A stretch of 64,000 bases of DNA from Thermoplasmata archaeon (GTDB lineage: Archaea > Thermoplasmatota > Thermoplasmata > Lutacidiplasmatales > UBA184). Of the stretch, positions 25,808 to 33,898 are shown one piece after another. Both the position numbers and the translations under genes were made by a program. The first letter of the stretch is position 1; the number at the start of each line of letters is the position of its first letter. The notes under the pieces were generated by a model. That model did no database searches. It saw only the letters and a program-made list of their open reading frames with translations, and was not told the origin of the DNA. The stretch is taken from the NCBI GenBank assembly GCA_021816865.1, contig JAKAWX010000001.1, forward strand, positions 252,739 through 316,738, in the 5' to 3' direction.

Positions 25808-26360
25808 CGCCGACCTGAGCCGGGCCGTGGTCGCCCTGCCGAAAGGGTTCTCCGTTTCGCTCACGGGCCGACGCCTCGACGCGAAGGGCCCGCTCGGCTC
25901 GGTCGCCCGGCCGTTCCCTTCGGACGTGATCCGGCTCACGGTCACCGGCGGCACCGCGACGCTCGAGATCCTCCTGCCCCCGAACCGCAAGCGCTCGCAG
26001 TCGCTCCTCAAGACGTGGGCCGCCCACCTGAGGAACCTCGCGGGCGGACTCACCTGGGGGGTCGAGGCCCGCATGAAGGTCGTGGCCGCGCACTTCCCGA
26101 TGAAGGTCCAGGTCCGCGGCGAGGAGGTCGTGATCGAGAACTTCCTCGGCGAGAAGTTCCCCCGCTCCACCCGTCTCGTCCCGGGCACCAAGGCCCTGGT
26201 CGAGGGCGACATCGTGACCCTCTCCGGCCACGATGTCGAGCAGGTCGGGCAGAGCGCGGCGAACATCGAACGCGCGACCCGGATCCGGGACTACGATCCG
26301 CGGGTCTTCCAGGACGGCATCTACCTCATCGAGCGGGCCCACGTGAGGGAGGCGAGCTGA
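25797..26360 (+). CDS. rpl6: 50S ribosomal protein uL6
   Basis: Operon position. HFPMKVQVRGEEVVIENFLGEK and VEQVGQSAANIE motifs. 11-nt overlap with rps8. Confidence 0.92.
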   Translation: MSTDADLSRAVVALPKGFSVSLTGRRLDAKGPLGSVARPFPSDVIRLTVTGGTATLEILLPPNRKRSQSLLKTWAAHLRNLAGGLTWGVEARMKVVAAHFPMKVQVRGEEVVIENFLGEKFPRSTRLVPGTKALVEGDIVTLSGHDVEQVGQSAANIERATRIRDYDPRVFQDGIYLIERAHVREAS

Positions 26361-26941
26361 TGGCGCCGGACCCCGAGGGGACGGCCCCCGAGGCACCGAC
26401 CCCGCCGGCGTCCGCCGAGAAGAAGCGACCCCGGCGCGCCCGCGCGCCCCCGCCCGACTCGAAGCCCGCCCCGGCCGAGCCGGCCGCAAAGGCCGACGAG
26501 CCGACGGCCCCGCGGAGCCCGAAGCGAGCCGAACTGACGGACGACCTGAGGACGCTCCTCGGGACCCGACGGACCCTCGATGGGAAGCGCCCCGTCTTTG
26601 GGCGCCAGGCCGCGAACCGCTACTTCCGGATCGGGCGCGACGGGGCCTGGCGCAGCCCTCGCGGCCTTCAGTCGAAGCAGCGGCGCCACTACGGATACCG
26701 GGCCAAGATCGTCCGCATCGGGTACCGGTCACCGGCGCGCGTCCGAGGGCTCGTACCGAGCGGGTTCCGCCCGGTGCTGGTCCGAACCTCGAGCGACCTC
26801 GAAGGGCTCGACGCCCGCACGCAGGCCGCCGTGATCGCCCGGACGATCGGCACGCGTCGCCGGGTCGTGCTCGAGGAAGAGGCCCGCAAACTGGGCGTCC
26901 GCGTGCTCAATCCGATCGTGTCGGGCGAAGGGGAGGAGTAG
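26360..26941 (+). CDS. rpl32e: 50S ribosomal protein L32e with ~60-aa P/A/K-rich N-terminal extension
   Basis: RPVFGRQAANRYFRIGRDGAWRSPRGLQSKQRRHYGYRAKIVRIGYRSP. TGATG junction with rpl6. Confidence 0.9.
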   Translation: MAPDPEGTAPEAPTPPASAEKKRPRRARAPPPDSKPAPAEPAAKADEPTAPRSPKRAELTDDLRTLLGTRRTLDGKRPVFGRQAANRYFRIGRDGAWRSPRGLQSKQRRHYGYRAKIVRIGYRSPARVRGLVPSGFRPVLVRTSSDLEGLDARTQAAVIARTIGTRRRVVLEEEARKLGVRVLNPIVSGEGEE

Positions 26942-26946
26942 GACCG

Positions 26947-27408
26947 ATGCCCGACCTCTCCAACCAGCGGCGCCTCGCGGCCGCATTGCTGAAGTGCGGC
27001 GAGGGCCGGGTCTGGATCGACCCTTCCAGCCAAGAGGAGCTCGCGGACTCGGTCACGCGGACCGACATCCGGGGAGCGATCAAGGCCGGCGTCATCCGGC
27101 GGCTGCCGGCGAAGGGGACCTCTCGCGGCCGCGCCCGCCGGCACGCCGCGGAAGTGAAGAAGGGGCGACACTCGGGGCCGGGATCCCGCCGCGGCACCCC
27201 GAGCGCCCGTCTGCCCCGCAAGGACCGGTGGATGCGCCGCATCCGGGCCCAGCGCGACCTATTGCAGGACCTTCGCAAGACCGGCAAGATCCCCGCGGCC
27301 GCCTACCGCGAGTTCTACCGTCGGGCCAAGGGCGGGATGTTCCGCAGCCGCGAGCACCTGCTCGTCAACCTGCGTCTGGCGGGCCACCTGGGGGAGGGGG
27401 CGAAATGA
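26947..27408 (+). CDS. rpl19e: 50S ribosomal protein L19e
   Basis: NQRRLAAALLKCGEGRVWIDP..., KGRHSGPGSRRGT. Confidence 0.93.
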   Translation: MPDLSNQRRLAAALLKCGEGRVWIDPSSQEELADSVTRTDIRGAIKAGVIRRLPAKGTSRGRARRHAAEVKKGRHSGPGSRRGTPSARLPRKDRWMRRIRAQRDLLQDLRKTGKIPAAAYREFYRRAKGGMFRSREHLLVNLRLAGHLGEGAK

Positions 27409-27932
27409 GCACGGGACCGAGGTATCGCGTTCACTTCCGGCGTCGCCGCGAAGGCAAGACCGACTACCGGGTCCGGCTTCGTTTGCTCAAGTCGGGAACG
27501 CCGCGGGCGGTCGTCCGCTTCTCCGACCGTGTCGTGCGCGTTTCGATCGTGACGTTCGACCCGGTCGGCGACCGCGTGGTCGCCGCCGCGGACAGCCGCG
27601 AGCTGGGAGCGATCGCCTTTCCGCCCTCGAGCCTCGCGTCCACGCCCGCCGCGTACCTGACCGCGTACTTGGCCGGCCTCCGGGCGAAGGCCTCCGGCAC
27701 GGAGACCGCGGTCCTCGACGCGGGCCTGCGTCACCCGACCGTCGGGGGACGACTGTCCGCGGCGCTCAAGGGTCTCCTCGATGCGGGCGTCGAGATCCCG
27801 CACGGCGAGAAGGGCTTCCCGACGGCCGACCGGTTGAACGGGACGCACCTCGCCAAGCCCCTCCCGGAGCCGGTCGAGGCGTACAAGCTAAAGTTGCCGG
27901 CCCTTGCGGTCCGGCCGGAGGCTTCCGCATGA
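27405..27932 (+). CDS. rpl18: 50S ribosomal protein uL18
   Basis: GPRYRVHFRRRREGKTDYRVRLRLLKSGTPRAVVRFS. ATGA overlap with rpl19e. Confidence 0.93.
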   Translation: MSTGPRYRVHFRRRREGKTDYRVRLRLLKSGTPRAVVRFSDRVVRVSIVTFDPVGDRVVAAADSRELGAIAFPPSSLASTPAAYLTAYLAGLRAKASGTETAVLDAGLRHPTVGGRLSAALKGLLDAGVEIPHGEKGFPTADRLNGTHLAKPLPEPVEAYKLKLPALAVRPEASA

Positions 27933-28825
27933 GCGCTGCCGTCCAGGGACCCTCGTACGGGCCGCGCGGCGGGTCGGGTCCCGGCGCGCCGGCGCCCCCA
28001 CCTCCCTGGGTCCCGAAGACCGAGCTGGGCCGCCGCGTCGCGGCCGACGAGGTCCGCACGATGAGCGAGGCGCTCGGCACGGGACTCCCGCTGCGCGAGC
28101 CGCAGATCGTCGACAAGCTCCTCCCGAACCTGCACGACGAGGTCCTCGACGTGAACATGGTCCAGCGGATGACCGACTCGGGTCGTCGGTTCAAGTTCGC
28201 CGTCACGGTCGTTGTCGGGAACGGCGACGGGTTCGTGGGCCTTGGCCGCGCGAAGGGTCGGGAGGTCGGCCCGACGATCCGTCGGGCGATCGACCGGGCC
28301 AAGCTCGAGATCGTCGAGGTGCTGCGCGGATGCGGCAGCTGGGAGTGCGGCTGCGGTCGGCCCCACACGCTCCCCTTCCTCGCCTCGGGACGCGTGGGCT
28401 CCGTGGTCGTCTCGTTCAAGCCGGCGCCGCAGGGCGTCGGGCTCGCCGTCGGCGACGTCGCGAAACCGATCCTCCGCTTCGCCGGCATCACCGACGCGTG
28501 GGGGTTCACCGAGGGCCACACGAAGACGACCGTCAACTACGCCCAGGCGGCCTACCGGGCGCTCGTCGACCTCTCGGGACTCAAGGTCCCCCAGACGGAC
28601 TCCGACCGTCTGAAGATCGTCCGAGGCCCCACCGGCACTTCGATCCTGCCGCCGAAGGAGGAGGGCGCGCGCCCGATCCGGGGCGGCCGCGGCGGTCGCG
28701 GGCGCGGCGGTCCGGGTCGGCGGCCGGGAGGCGGCCGTCCGCCCGGCCGCGGAGGTCCACCGACCGGCCGCGGGGGCCCGCCGTCGGGTCGCCGCCCGCC
28801 CCCCACGGGAGGGACTCCCCGATGA
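27929..28825 (+). CDS. rps5: 30S ribosomal protein uS5 with ~50-aa RGG/Pro-rich C-terminal tail
   Basis: RFKFAVTVVVGNGDGFVGLGRAKGREVGPTIRRAIDRAK and the following conserved core. ATGA overlap with rpl18. Tail is RGGRGGRGRGGPGRR...GRGGPPTGRGGPPSGRRPPPT. Confidence 0.92.
   Translation: MSAAVQGPSYGPRGGSGPGAPAPPPPWVPKTELGRRVAADEVRTMSEALGTGLPLREPQIVDKLLPNLHDEVLDVNMVQRMTDSGRRFKFAVTVVVGNGDGFVGLGRAKGREVGPTIRRAIDRAKLEIVEVLRGCGSWECGCGRPHTLPFLASGRVGSVVVSFKPAPQGVGLAVGDVAKPILRFAGITDAWGFTEGHTKTTVNYAQAAYRALVDLSGLKVPQTDSDRLKIVRGPTGTSILPPKEEGARPIRGGRGGRGRGGPGRRPGGGRPPGRGGPPTGRGGPPSGRRPPPTGGTPR
28745..28807 (+). repeat. Imperfect 21-nt (7-codon) tandem repeat x3 inside the uS5 tail
   Basis: ggccgcggaggtccaccgacc / ggccgcgggggcccgccgtcg / ggtcgccgcccgccccccacg, encoding GRGGPPT / GRGGPPS / GRRPPPT. 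Confidence 0.5.
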
Positions 28826-29280
28826 CGTTCATGGTCGTACGCGTCCGGGGCTCGATCCACGCCCGTCATGACGTCACGGAGACGCTGCGCTACCTCCACC
28901 TGACCCGGGCGAACCACGCCACGGTGGTCCCGGAGGAGCCGAGCTACCGCGGGATGCTGACCACCGTCCAGGGGTACGTCACGTGGGGCGAGGCGGATTC
29001 CGAGACGGTCGGGCTCTTGCTGCGCCAGCGCGGAGAAGCCACCGGTGGCGAGCGCATTACTGCCGAGAACGCCGCGACCCTCCTCGGCGGGAAGGACCTC
29101 GCGGAGGCGTCCCGGGCCGTGACCGACGCGGGGATCGTCGGCCTCCACGGGCTCAAACCCCTCTTCCGCTTGAGGGCGCCGAAAGGGGGCTGGAAGTCGA
29201 CGAAGAAACCGTTCGCGCGCGGCGGGGCGCTCGGCTACCGGGGCCGGGCGGTCAACGACCTCGTCCGACGGATGGTGTAG
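28822..29280 (+). CDS. rpl30: 50S ribosomal protein uL30
   Basis: MVVRVRGSIHARHDVTETLRYLHLTRANHATVV. ATGA overlap with rps5. Confidence 0.92.
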   Translation: MTFMVVRVRGSIHARHDVTETLRYLHLTRANHATVVPEEPSYRGMLTTVQGYVTWGEADSETVGLLLRQRGEATGGERITAENAATLLGGKDLAEASRAVTDAGIVGLHGLKPLFRLRAPKGGWKSTKKPFARGGALGYRGRAVNDLVRRMV

Positions 29281-29290
29281 GGGAGGACGC

Positions 29291-29734
29291 ATGCCGAGTC
29301 GCACGCGGAAGTTCCGGGGACTGCGGACCCACGGCCGGGGCATCAAGGCCGGCCGCGGTGCCGGGAAGCAGGGCGGACGGGGGAACGCCGGCCTGCACAA
29401 GTACAAGTTCAAGTCGATGCTGATCTACGCGCCCGACCACTTCGGGCGCCACGGGTTCAAACGACCCCCCGAGATCGTCGAGCGGCCGACCGCGCTCAAC
29501 GTCGGCGAGCTCGACGCGTTCGTCCCCACCCTCGAGGCGGCGGGAGCCCTCTCGCGCGACGGGACGACGTTCGTCGCCGACCTCTCGAAGGCGGGGGTCG
29601 AGCGTCTTCTCGGCGGCGGAGGGACGGCGCGCCCGTGGAAGGTCTTCGTCGCCCACGCCTCGAAGCACGCCCGAACGAAGGTCACGGTGCTCGCGAAGGC
29701 CCCCGGCGACGCTCCGACCGCCGGGGCGCCGTAG
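29291..29734 (+). CDS. rpl15: 50S ribosomal protein uL15
   Basis: RTRKFRGLRTHGRGIKAGRGAGKQGGRGNAG. Confidence 0.93.
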   Translation: MPSRTRKFRGLRTHGRGIKAGRGAGKQGGRGNAGLHKYKFKSMLIYAPDHFGRHGFKRPPEIVERPTALNVGELDAFVPTLEAAGALSRDGTTFVADLSKAGVERLLGGGGTARPWKVFVAHASKHARTKVTVLAKAPGDAPTAGAP

Positions 29735-29746
29735 ACTATATAAATC
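29735..29746 (+). promoter_or_regulatory. Strong internal TATA box immediately upstream of secY
   Basis: ACTATATAAATC, the most A/T-rich island in the operon, centre ~30 nt upstream of ATG 29771. Confidence 0.5.
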
Positions 29747-29770
29747 GGCCATCGGCTCGGCGACCATCTC

Positions 29771-31540
29771 ATGGCGGACGAGGAGATACCGCGGGACCCT
29801 CGCTGGGCCTTTCCGCTCCTCGTCATCGGCGTCATCGTCCTCTCGGTCGTCTGGTTCTGGGACCGACCGACCCCGGTCGCCTTCGGGATCGTCGGCGCCG
29901 CGGTGGCGGCGGTCCTCGCGCTCCTCTACCTAGGCCTGAGCTACAACGGGTCCCGGTCGAAGCTCTACGGTCTCAAACCGATCACGTCGAGGATGCCCGC
30001 GGTCTCCCAGCCGAAGGGCCACGTCCACTTCCGGACGAAGATGTTCTGGACGATCGGCATCCTGCTCCTCTACTTCCTGCTGACGAACATCTACCTCTTC
30101 GGGGTCGATCAGGCGACCGTCATCGACCTCTTCGCGAGCTACCGCGCGATCCTTGCGGGGGCGCAGGGCACGTTGATGCATCTCGGGATCGGCCCGATCG
30201 TGACGGGGTCGATCATCATGCAGCTGTTCACCGGCGCGAAGATCATCAACCTCGACCTGACCGACGACGAGGACAAGGGCATGTACCAGGGGGCCCAGAA
30301 GGTCGTCGTGATCGCGATGATCTTCATCGAGGCGGTCCCCCAGGTCTACGGCTACCTCACCCCGTCCGGTTCGCTGGTCGCGTCGCTCGGCGCGGCCTCG
30401 CCCGGCAACGGCCTCATGCTCGCGAACCTGGTGATCGTCGCCCAGCTCGTCTTCGGGAGCTACCTCGTCTTCCTGATGGACGAGGTCGTCTCGAAGTGGG
30501 GGATCGGCAGCGGGATCTCCCTCTTTATCGCGGCGGGCGTCTCCCAGCAGATCATCCAAGGGACGCTCAACTGGGTCCCCCAGAACCCGTCGGCCGCGAT
30601 CTCGGCGACCAACCCTCCGAGCGGGACGATCCCGAAGACGTTCTGGTTCCTCACCCACTACAGCGCCGGCGCGATGGCGAGCGGCGGCTGGGAGCAGGTG
30701 CTCCTGCGCCAGCCGAACCCGATCGTCGCGCTCGTCGGCACGGCGGCGATCTTCTTCCTCGTCGCCTGGACCGAATCGACGCGCATCGAACTCCCGCTCT
30801 CCCACGCCGAAGCGCGCGGCGCGCGCGGTCGCTACCCGCTGCGCCTGATCTACGCGTCGAACATCCCGGTCATCCTCATGAGCGCGCTGCTCGCGAACGT
30901 CTCGATGGTCTCGATCCTCCTTTGGACAAACCCGACGCTCGTCCACTTCCCGCTCCTCGGACACCAGTGGTGGATCGGGTCGTACCCGGCGAGCGCCGCG
31001 GCGGCCCAGGGGCTGGGCGTGAGCCAGACGACGCCCCTCGGAGGGGCGGCGTACTATCTCTCGACGGTCAACGGACTCGAGGCGTGGCTCTTGCCGATCC
31101 TGAACTACCAGCAGTACCAGGGCTTCCTCGTCGGCCACTCGGTCTGGCAAGGGCTGGCCCACGTCGCCATCTATTTCGGCGCCATGGTCGGCGGGTCGAT
31201 CCTCTTCGCGAAGTTCTGGATCCAGACGACCAACATGGGCCCCGAGGCCGTCGCCCGGCAGATCGAGGCGTCCGGCATGCAGATCCCGGGATTCCGCCGC
31301 GAGCCCCGGGTGCTGCGTCGGGTGCTCGAACGGTACATCCCCGTGATCACCGTGATCTCGGGGGCCGCCGTCGGGGCCCTCGCGGCCGGCGCGGACCTCA
31401 TCGGGACCCTCGGCAATGCGAGCGGCACGGGGGTCCTGCTCATGGTCGGGATCATCATCAACCTCTACGAGGCGATGGGGCGCGAGCAGTTGATGGAGAT
31501 GAACCCGCTCCTCCGCCGGTTCCTCGGAGGGGAGAGCTAA
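29771..31540 (+). CDS. secY: Preprotein translocase subunit SecY (SecY/Sec61-alpha) with N-terminal two-helix extension
   Basis: FRTKMFWTIGILLLYFLL and LGIGPIVTGSIIMQLFTG core motifs. 589 aa. The conserved core begins around residue 62, preceded by two hydrophobic helices. Confidence 0.9.
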   Translation: MADEEIPRDPRWAFPLLVIGVIVLSVVWFWDRPTPVAFGIVGAAVAAVLALLYLGLSYNGSRSKLYGLKPITSRMPAVSQPKGHVHFRTKMFWTIGILLLYFLLTNIYLFGVDQATVIDLFASYRAILAGAQGTLMHLGIGPIVTGSIIMQLFTGAKIINLDLTDDEDKGMYQGAQKVVVIAMIFIEAVPQVYGYLTPSGSLVASLGAASPGNGLMLANLVIVAQLVFGSYLVFLMDEVVSKWGIGSGISLFIAAGVSQQIIQGTLNWVPQNPSAAISATNPPSGTIPKTFWFLTHYSAGAMASGGWEQVLLRQPNPIVALVGTAAIFFLVAWTESTRIELPLSHAEARGARGRYPLRLIYASNIPVILMSALLANVSMVSILLWTNPTLVHFPLLGHQWWIGSYPASAAAAQGLGVSQTTPLGGAAYYLSTVNGLEAWLLPILNYQQYQGFLVGHSVWQGLAHVAIYFGAMVGGSILFAKFWIQTTNMGPEAVARQIEASGMQIPGFRREPRVLRRVLERYIPVITVISGAAVGALAAGADLIGTLGNASGTGVLLMVGIIINLYEAMGREQLMEMNPLLRRFLGGES

Positions 31541-32370
31541 TGAGCGACGACGCGGGCACGCCGCTGCCCTCGACCGAGCCCGACGACGAGGAGGAAGAGG
31601 TCGAGACGAGAGAGGACGGGGCCTCCGAGACCCCCGAGGAGACGGCGCGCCCGGCTCCGACCGCCCCGCCCCGGCCGGCGTTCAAGGTCTCCACGTTCGT
31701 CTACGTCTTCCTCGGCATGCTCGGGCTCTGGATGCTGATCGACACCAACGCCCGCAACCAGATCGGAGGGGCCCTCGGCACGAGCCCGGCCCACGCGGGG
31801 CCGCTCTACCTCGCGATCGGCTTCTCGTCGAACTACCTCCTCCTCACGATGGCGCTCGCCGGGGCCGTCGAGATGCTCGTCACCGCGCTGGCCTACAATT
31901 TCACGACCGACTGGGTGAAGGCCGCGAAGATCCAGAAGTGGAGCAGCGCGTTCCGAAAGGTGCAGATGGAGGCGGTCCGCTCGGGGAAGAAGGACCGCAT
32001 CGCGGCGCTCAAGCCCCACCAGGAGCGCCTCACCCGCCTCTCGAGCGAGGTCTCGATCGCGCAGTTCAAGGGGATGGCGATCACCTACTTCCTCCTCATC
32101 CTCATCTACACGTGGGTCGGGCTCGTGATCGCCGACGCGAACGTGGTGCAGCAGACGATCAGCCTCGGCGGGACGATCATCAATCTCACCTGCAACGTCG
32201 AGGGCTCGTCGTGCCATTCGGGGGGCCTCCCGATCCCGTGGTGGTTCCTCATCTTCAGCCTGTACACCGTCCCGTTCTCGATGATCTTCCGCCGGATCCT
32301 CAAGCACGTCTGGCTGCGGCGGTACGTGCAGAAGCAAGGTCTCTCCGGCTTGGCCGGGGGCTCGGCGTGA
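31540..32370 (+). CDS. DUF106/EMC3-TMCO1-like membrane protein (archaeal YidC/Oxa1-superfamily homologue)
   Basis: Canonical slot between secY and cmk. TM helix, then a basic coiled-coil loop (KAAKIQKWSSAFRKVQMEAVRSGKKDRIAALKPHQERL), then TM helices. TAATG junction with secY. Acidic ~45-aa N-terminal extension. Confidence 0.6.
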   Translation: MSDDAGTPLPSTEPDDEEEEVETREDGASETPEETARPAPTAPPRPAFKVSTFVYVFLGMLGLWMLIDTNARNQIGGALGTSPAHAGPLYLAIGFSSNYLLLTMALAGAVEMLVTALAYNFTTDWVKAAKIQKWSSAFRKVQMEAVRSGKKDRIAALKPHQERLTRLSSEVSIAQFKGMAITYFLLILIYTWVGLVIADANVVQQTISLGGTIINLTCNVEGSSCHSGGLPIPWWFLIFSLYTVPFSMIFRRILKHVWLRRYVQKQGLSGLAGGSA

Positions 32371-32915
32371 TCCGGTCGGTCGTCACGATCGGGGGTCCGC
32401 CCGGCAGCGGGAAGTCGACGGCCGGCCGGCTCGCCGCCGAGCGCCTCGGGCTCGAGTACCGGTCCGCGGGGGAGGTCTTCCGCGCGGAAGCCCGACGGCG
32501 CGGACTGGACGTCGAGGCGTTCGGCCGGTTCGCCGAGACGCACCCCGACGTCGACCGCGACCTCGACACCGCGATGCAGTCGCTCGCGGTACCCGGCCGC
32601 CTGCTCGACGGCCGCATCCAGGGGGCGCTGTGCCGACGGCGCGGTGTCCCCGTCCACGACGTTGTCGTCACGGCGGACGAGGAGGAGCGGGTGCGCCGGG
32701 TCGCCGGCCGCGACCACCAACCGCTCGCGGAGGCGGCCCGGCGCGTCCGCGAGCGCGAGGCGAGCGAGCGCGGGCGCTACCGTCGCCTCTACGGGATCGA
32801 CCTCGAGACCGAGCGACCGGACCTCACGGTCGACTCGACGCACGCGGCGCCCGACGAGGTCGCCACGGCGATCGTCGAGTTCGTTCGCGCGCACGAGGCC
32901 GAGAGCGGCCGATGA
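32367..32915 (+). CDS. cmk: Cytidylate kinase, archaeal type
   Basis: VVTIGGPPGSGKST P-loop, SAGEVFRAEARRRG, REREASERGRYRRLYGIDL. GTGA overlap with the upstream gene. Confidence 0.85.
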   Translation: MIRSVVTIGGPPGSGKSTAGRLAAERLGLEYRSAGEVFRAEARRRGLDVEAFGRFAETHPDVDRDLDTAMQSLAVPGRLLDGRIQGALCRRRGVPVHDVVVTADEEERVRRVAGRDHQPLAEAARRVREREASERGRYRRLYGIDLETERPDLTVDSTHAAPDEVATAIVEFVRAHEAESGR

Positions 32916-33868
32916 GCGCGCCCCCGTCCTCCGACCCGGTCGACGCCCGGATCGCCGCCGGGGCGTTCCTCCTCGTCGACAAGCCCCGCGGGCCCTCCTC
33001 CCACCAGGTGACGGCGTGGGCCCGCGACCTCCTCGGCGTCGCGGTCGCCGGTCATGCCGGGACGCTCGATCCGAACGTCTCGGGAGTGCTCTGGGTCGGG
33101 GTCGGACCCGCGCTCAAACTGCTCCCGCTCGTCCTCGAGTTCCCGAAGCGCTACGTCGCGTCGGTCGTCCTCCACGGCGAGGTGCCGGACCGCGAGCTCG
33201 CGCGGGTCCTCGGCGAGTTCACCGGCCCGATCTACCAGACGCCCCCGGTCCGCTCCGCGGTGAAGCGCGAGCGGCGGGTCCGCACGGTCCACCGCCTTGT
33301 CCGGGTCGAGCGCGACGGACCGCGGCTCCTGCTCGACCTCGTCGCGGACTCGGGGACGTACGTGCGCACGCTCGCGGTCGACGTCGGGGAAGCCCTCGGC
33401 GTCGGCGGCCACATGGAGGAGCTTCGCCGGGTCTCCACCGGTCCGTTCGCCGAGTCGGCGTGCCGCCCTCTCACCGCGCTCGCCGACGCGGTCGCCGCCC
33501 GCCGCGCGGGCGACCCCGGGCCCCTCCTCGACCTCCTGCACCCGATCGAAGAGGTCTGGCGCGAGTTCCCGTCGGTGCTCGTGAAGGAGGGTGCCGCGAG
33601 CGCGCTCGCCCACGGCGCCGGGCTCGCGAGCGGCGGCGTCCTGTCGATCCCCCGGCCGTTCGAGCGGGGGGCGCGCGTCGCGCTCGTCACCCGGACGGGG
33701 GAGCTCGTCGCGACCGGCGTCGCCCAGTACGAGTCGCGCTCGATCGCTTCGGTCCGCCACGGGTGGGTCGTCGGGGAGACGCGGGTCTTCGTCGACCCCG
33801 AGCGGTTCCCCCCGCGCTGGGGCAAGAGGGCCCGACCCGCCGGCCGCGCCGCCGATATCGGGCGCTAG
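32912..33868 (+). CDS. cbf5: tRNA/rRNA pseudouridine synthase Cbf5 (H/ACA RNP catalytic subunit, TruB family)
   Basis: LLVDKPRGPSSHQV and HAGTLDPNVSGVL (catalytic Asp). C-terminal PUA-like region VLVKEGAASALAHGAGL. ATGA overlap with cmk. Confidence 0.9.
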   Translation: MSAPPSSDPVDARIAAGAFLLVDKPRGPSSHQVTAWARDLLGVAVAGHAGTLDPNVSGVLWVGVGPALKLLPLVLEFPKRYVASVVLHGEVPDRELARVLGEFTGPIYQTPPVRSAVKRERRVRTVHRLVRVERDGPRLLLDLVADSGTYVRTLAVDVGEALGVGGHMEELRRVSTGPFAESACRPLTALADAVAARRAGDPGPLLDLLHPIEEVWREFPSVLVKEGAASALAHGAGLASGGVLSIPRPFERGARVALVTRTGELVATGVAQYESRSIASVRHGWVVGETRVFVDPERFPPRWGKRARPAGRAADIGR

Positions 33869-33898
33869 GGTTATCTCGCGGACCCCCTCGCCCGACCG

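Noticed and set aside
29993-31540. Shorter SecY starting at internal ATG 29993
   Set aside because: The upstream 222 nt are in frame, show coding GC3 bias, encode two clean hydrophobic helices, and are preceded by a strong TATA box at leaderless distance. The shorter form cannot be excluded without experimental data.
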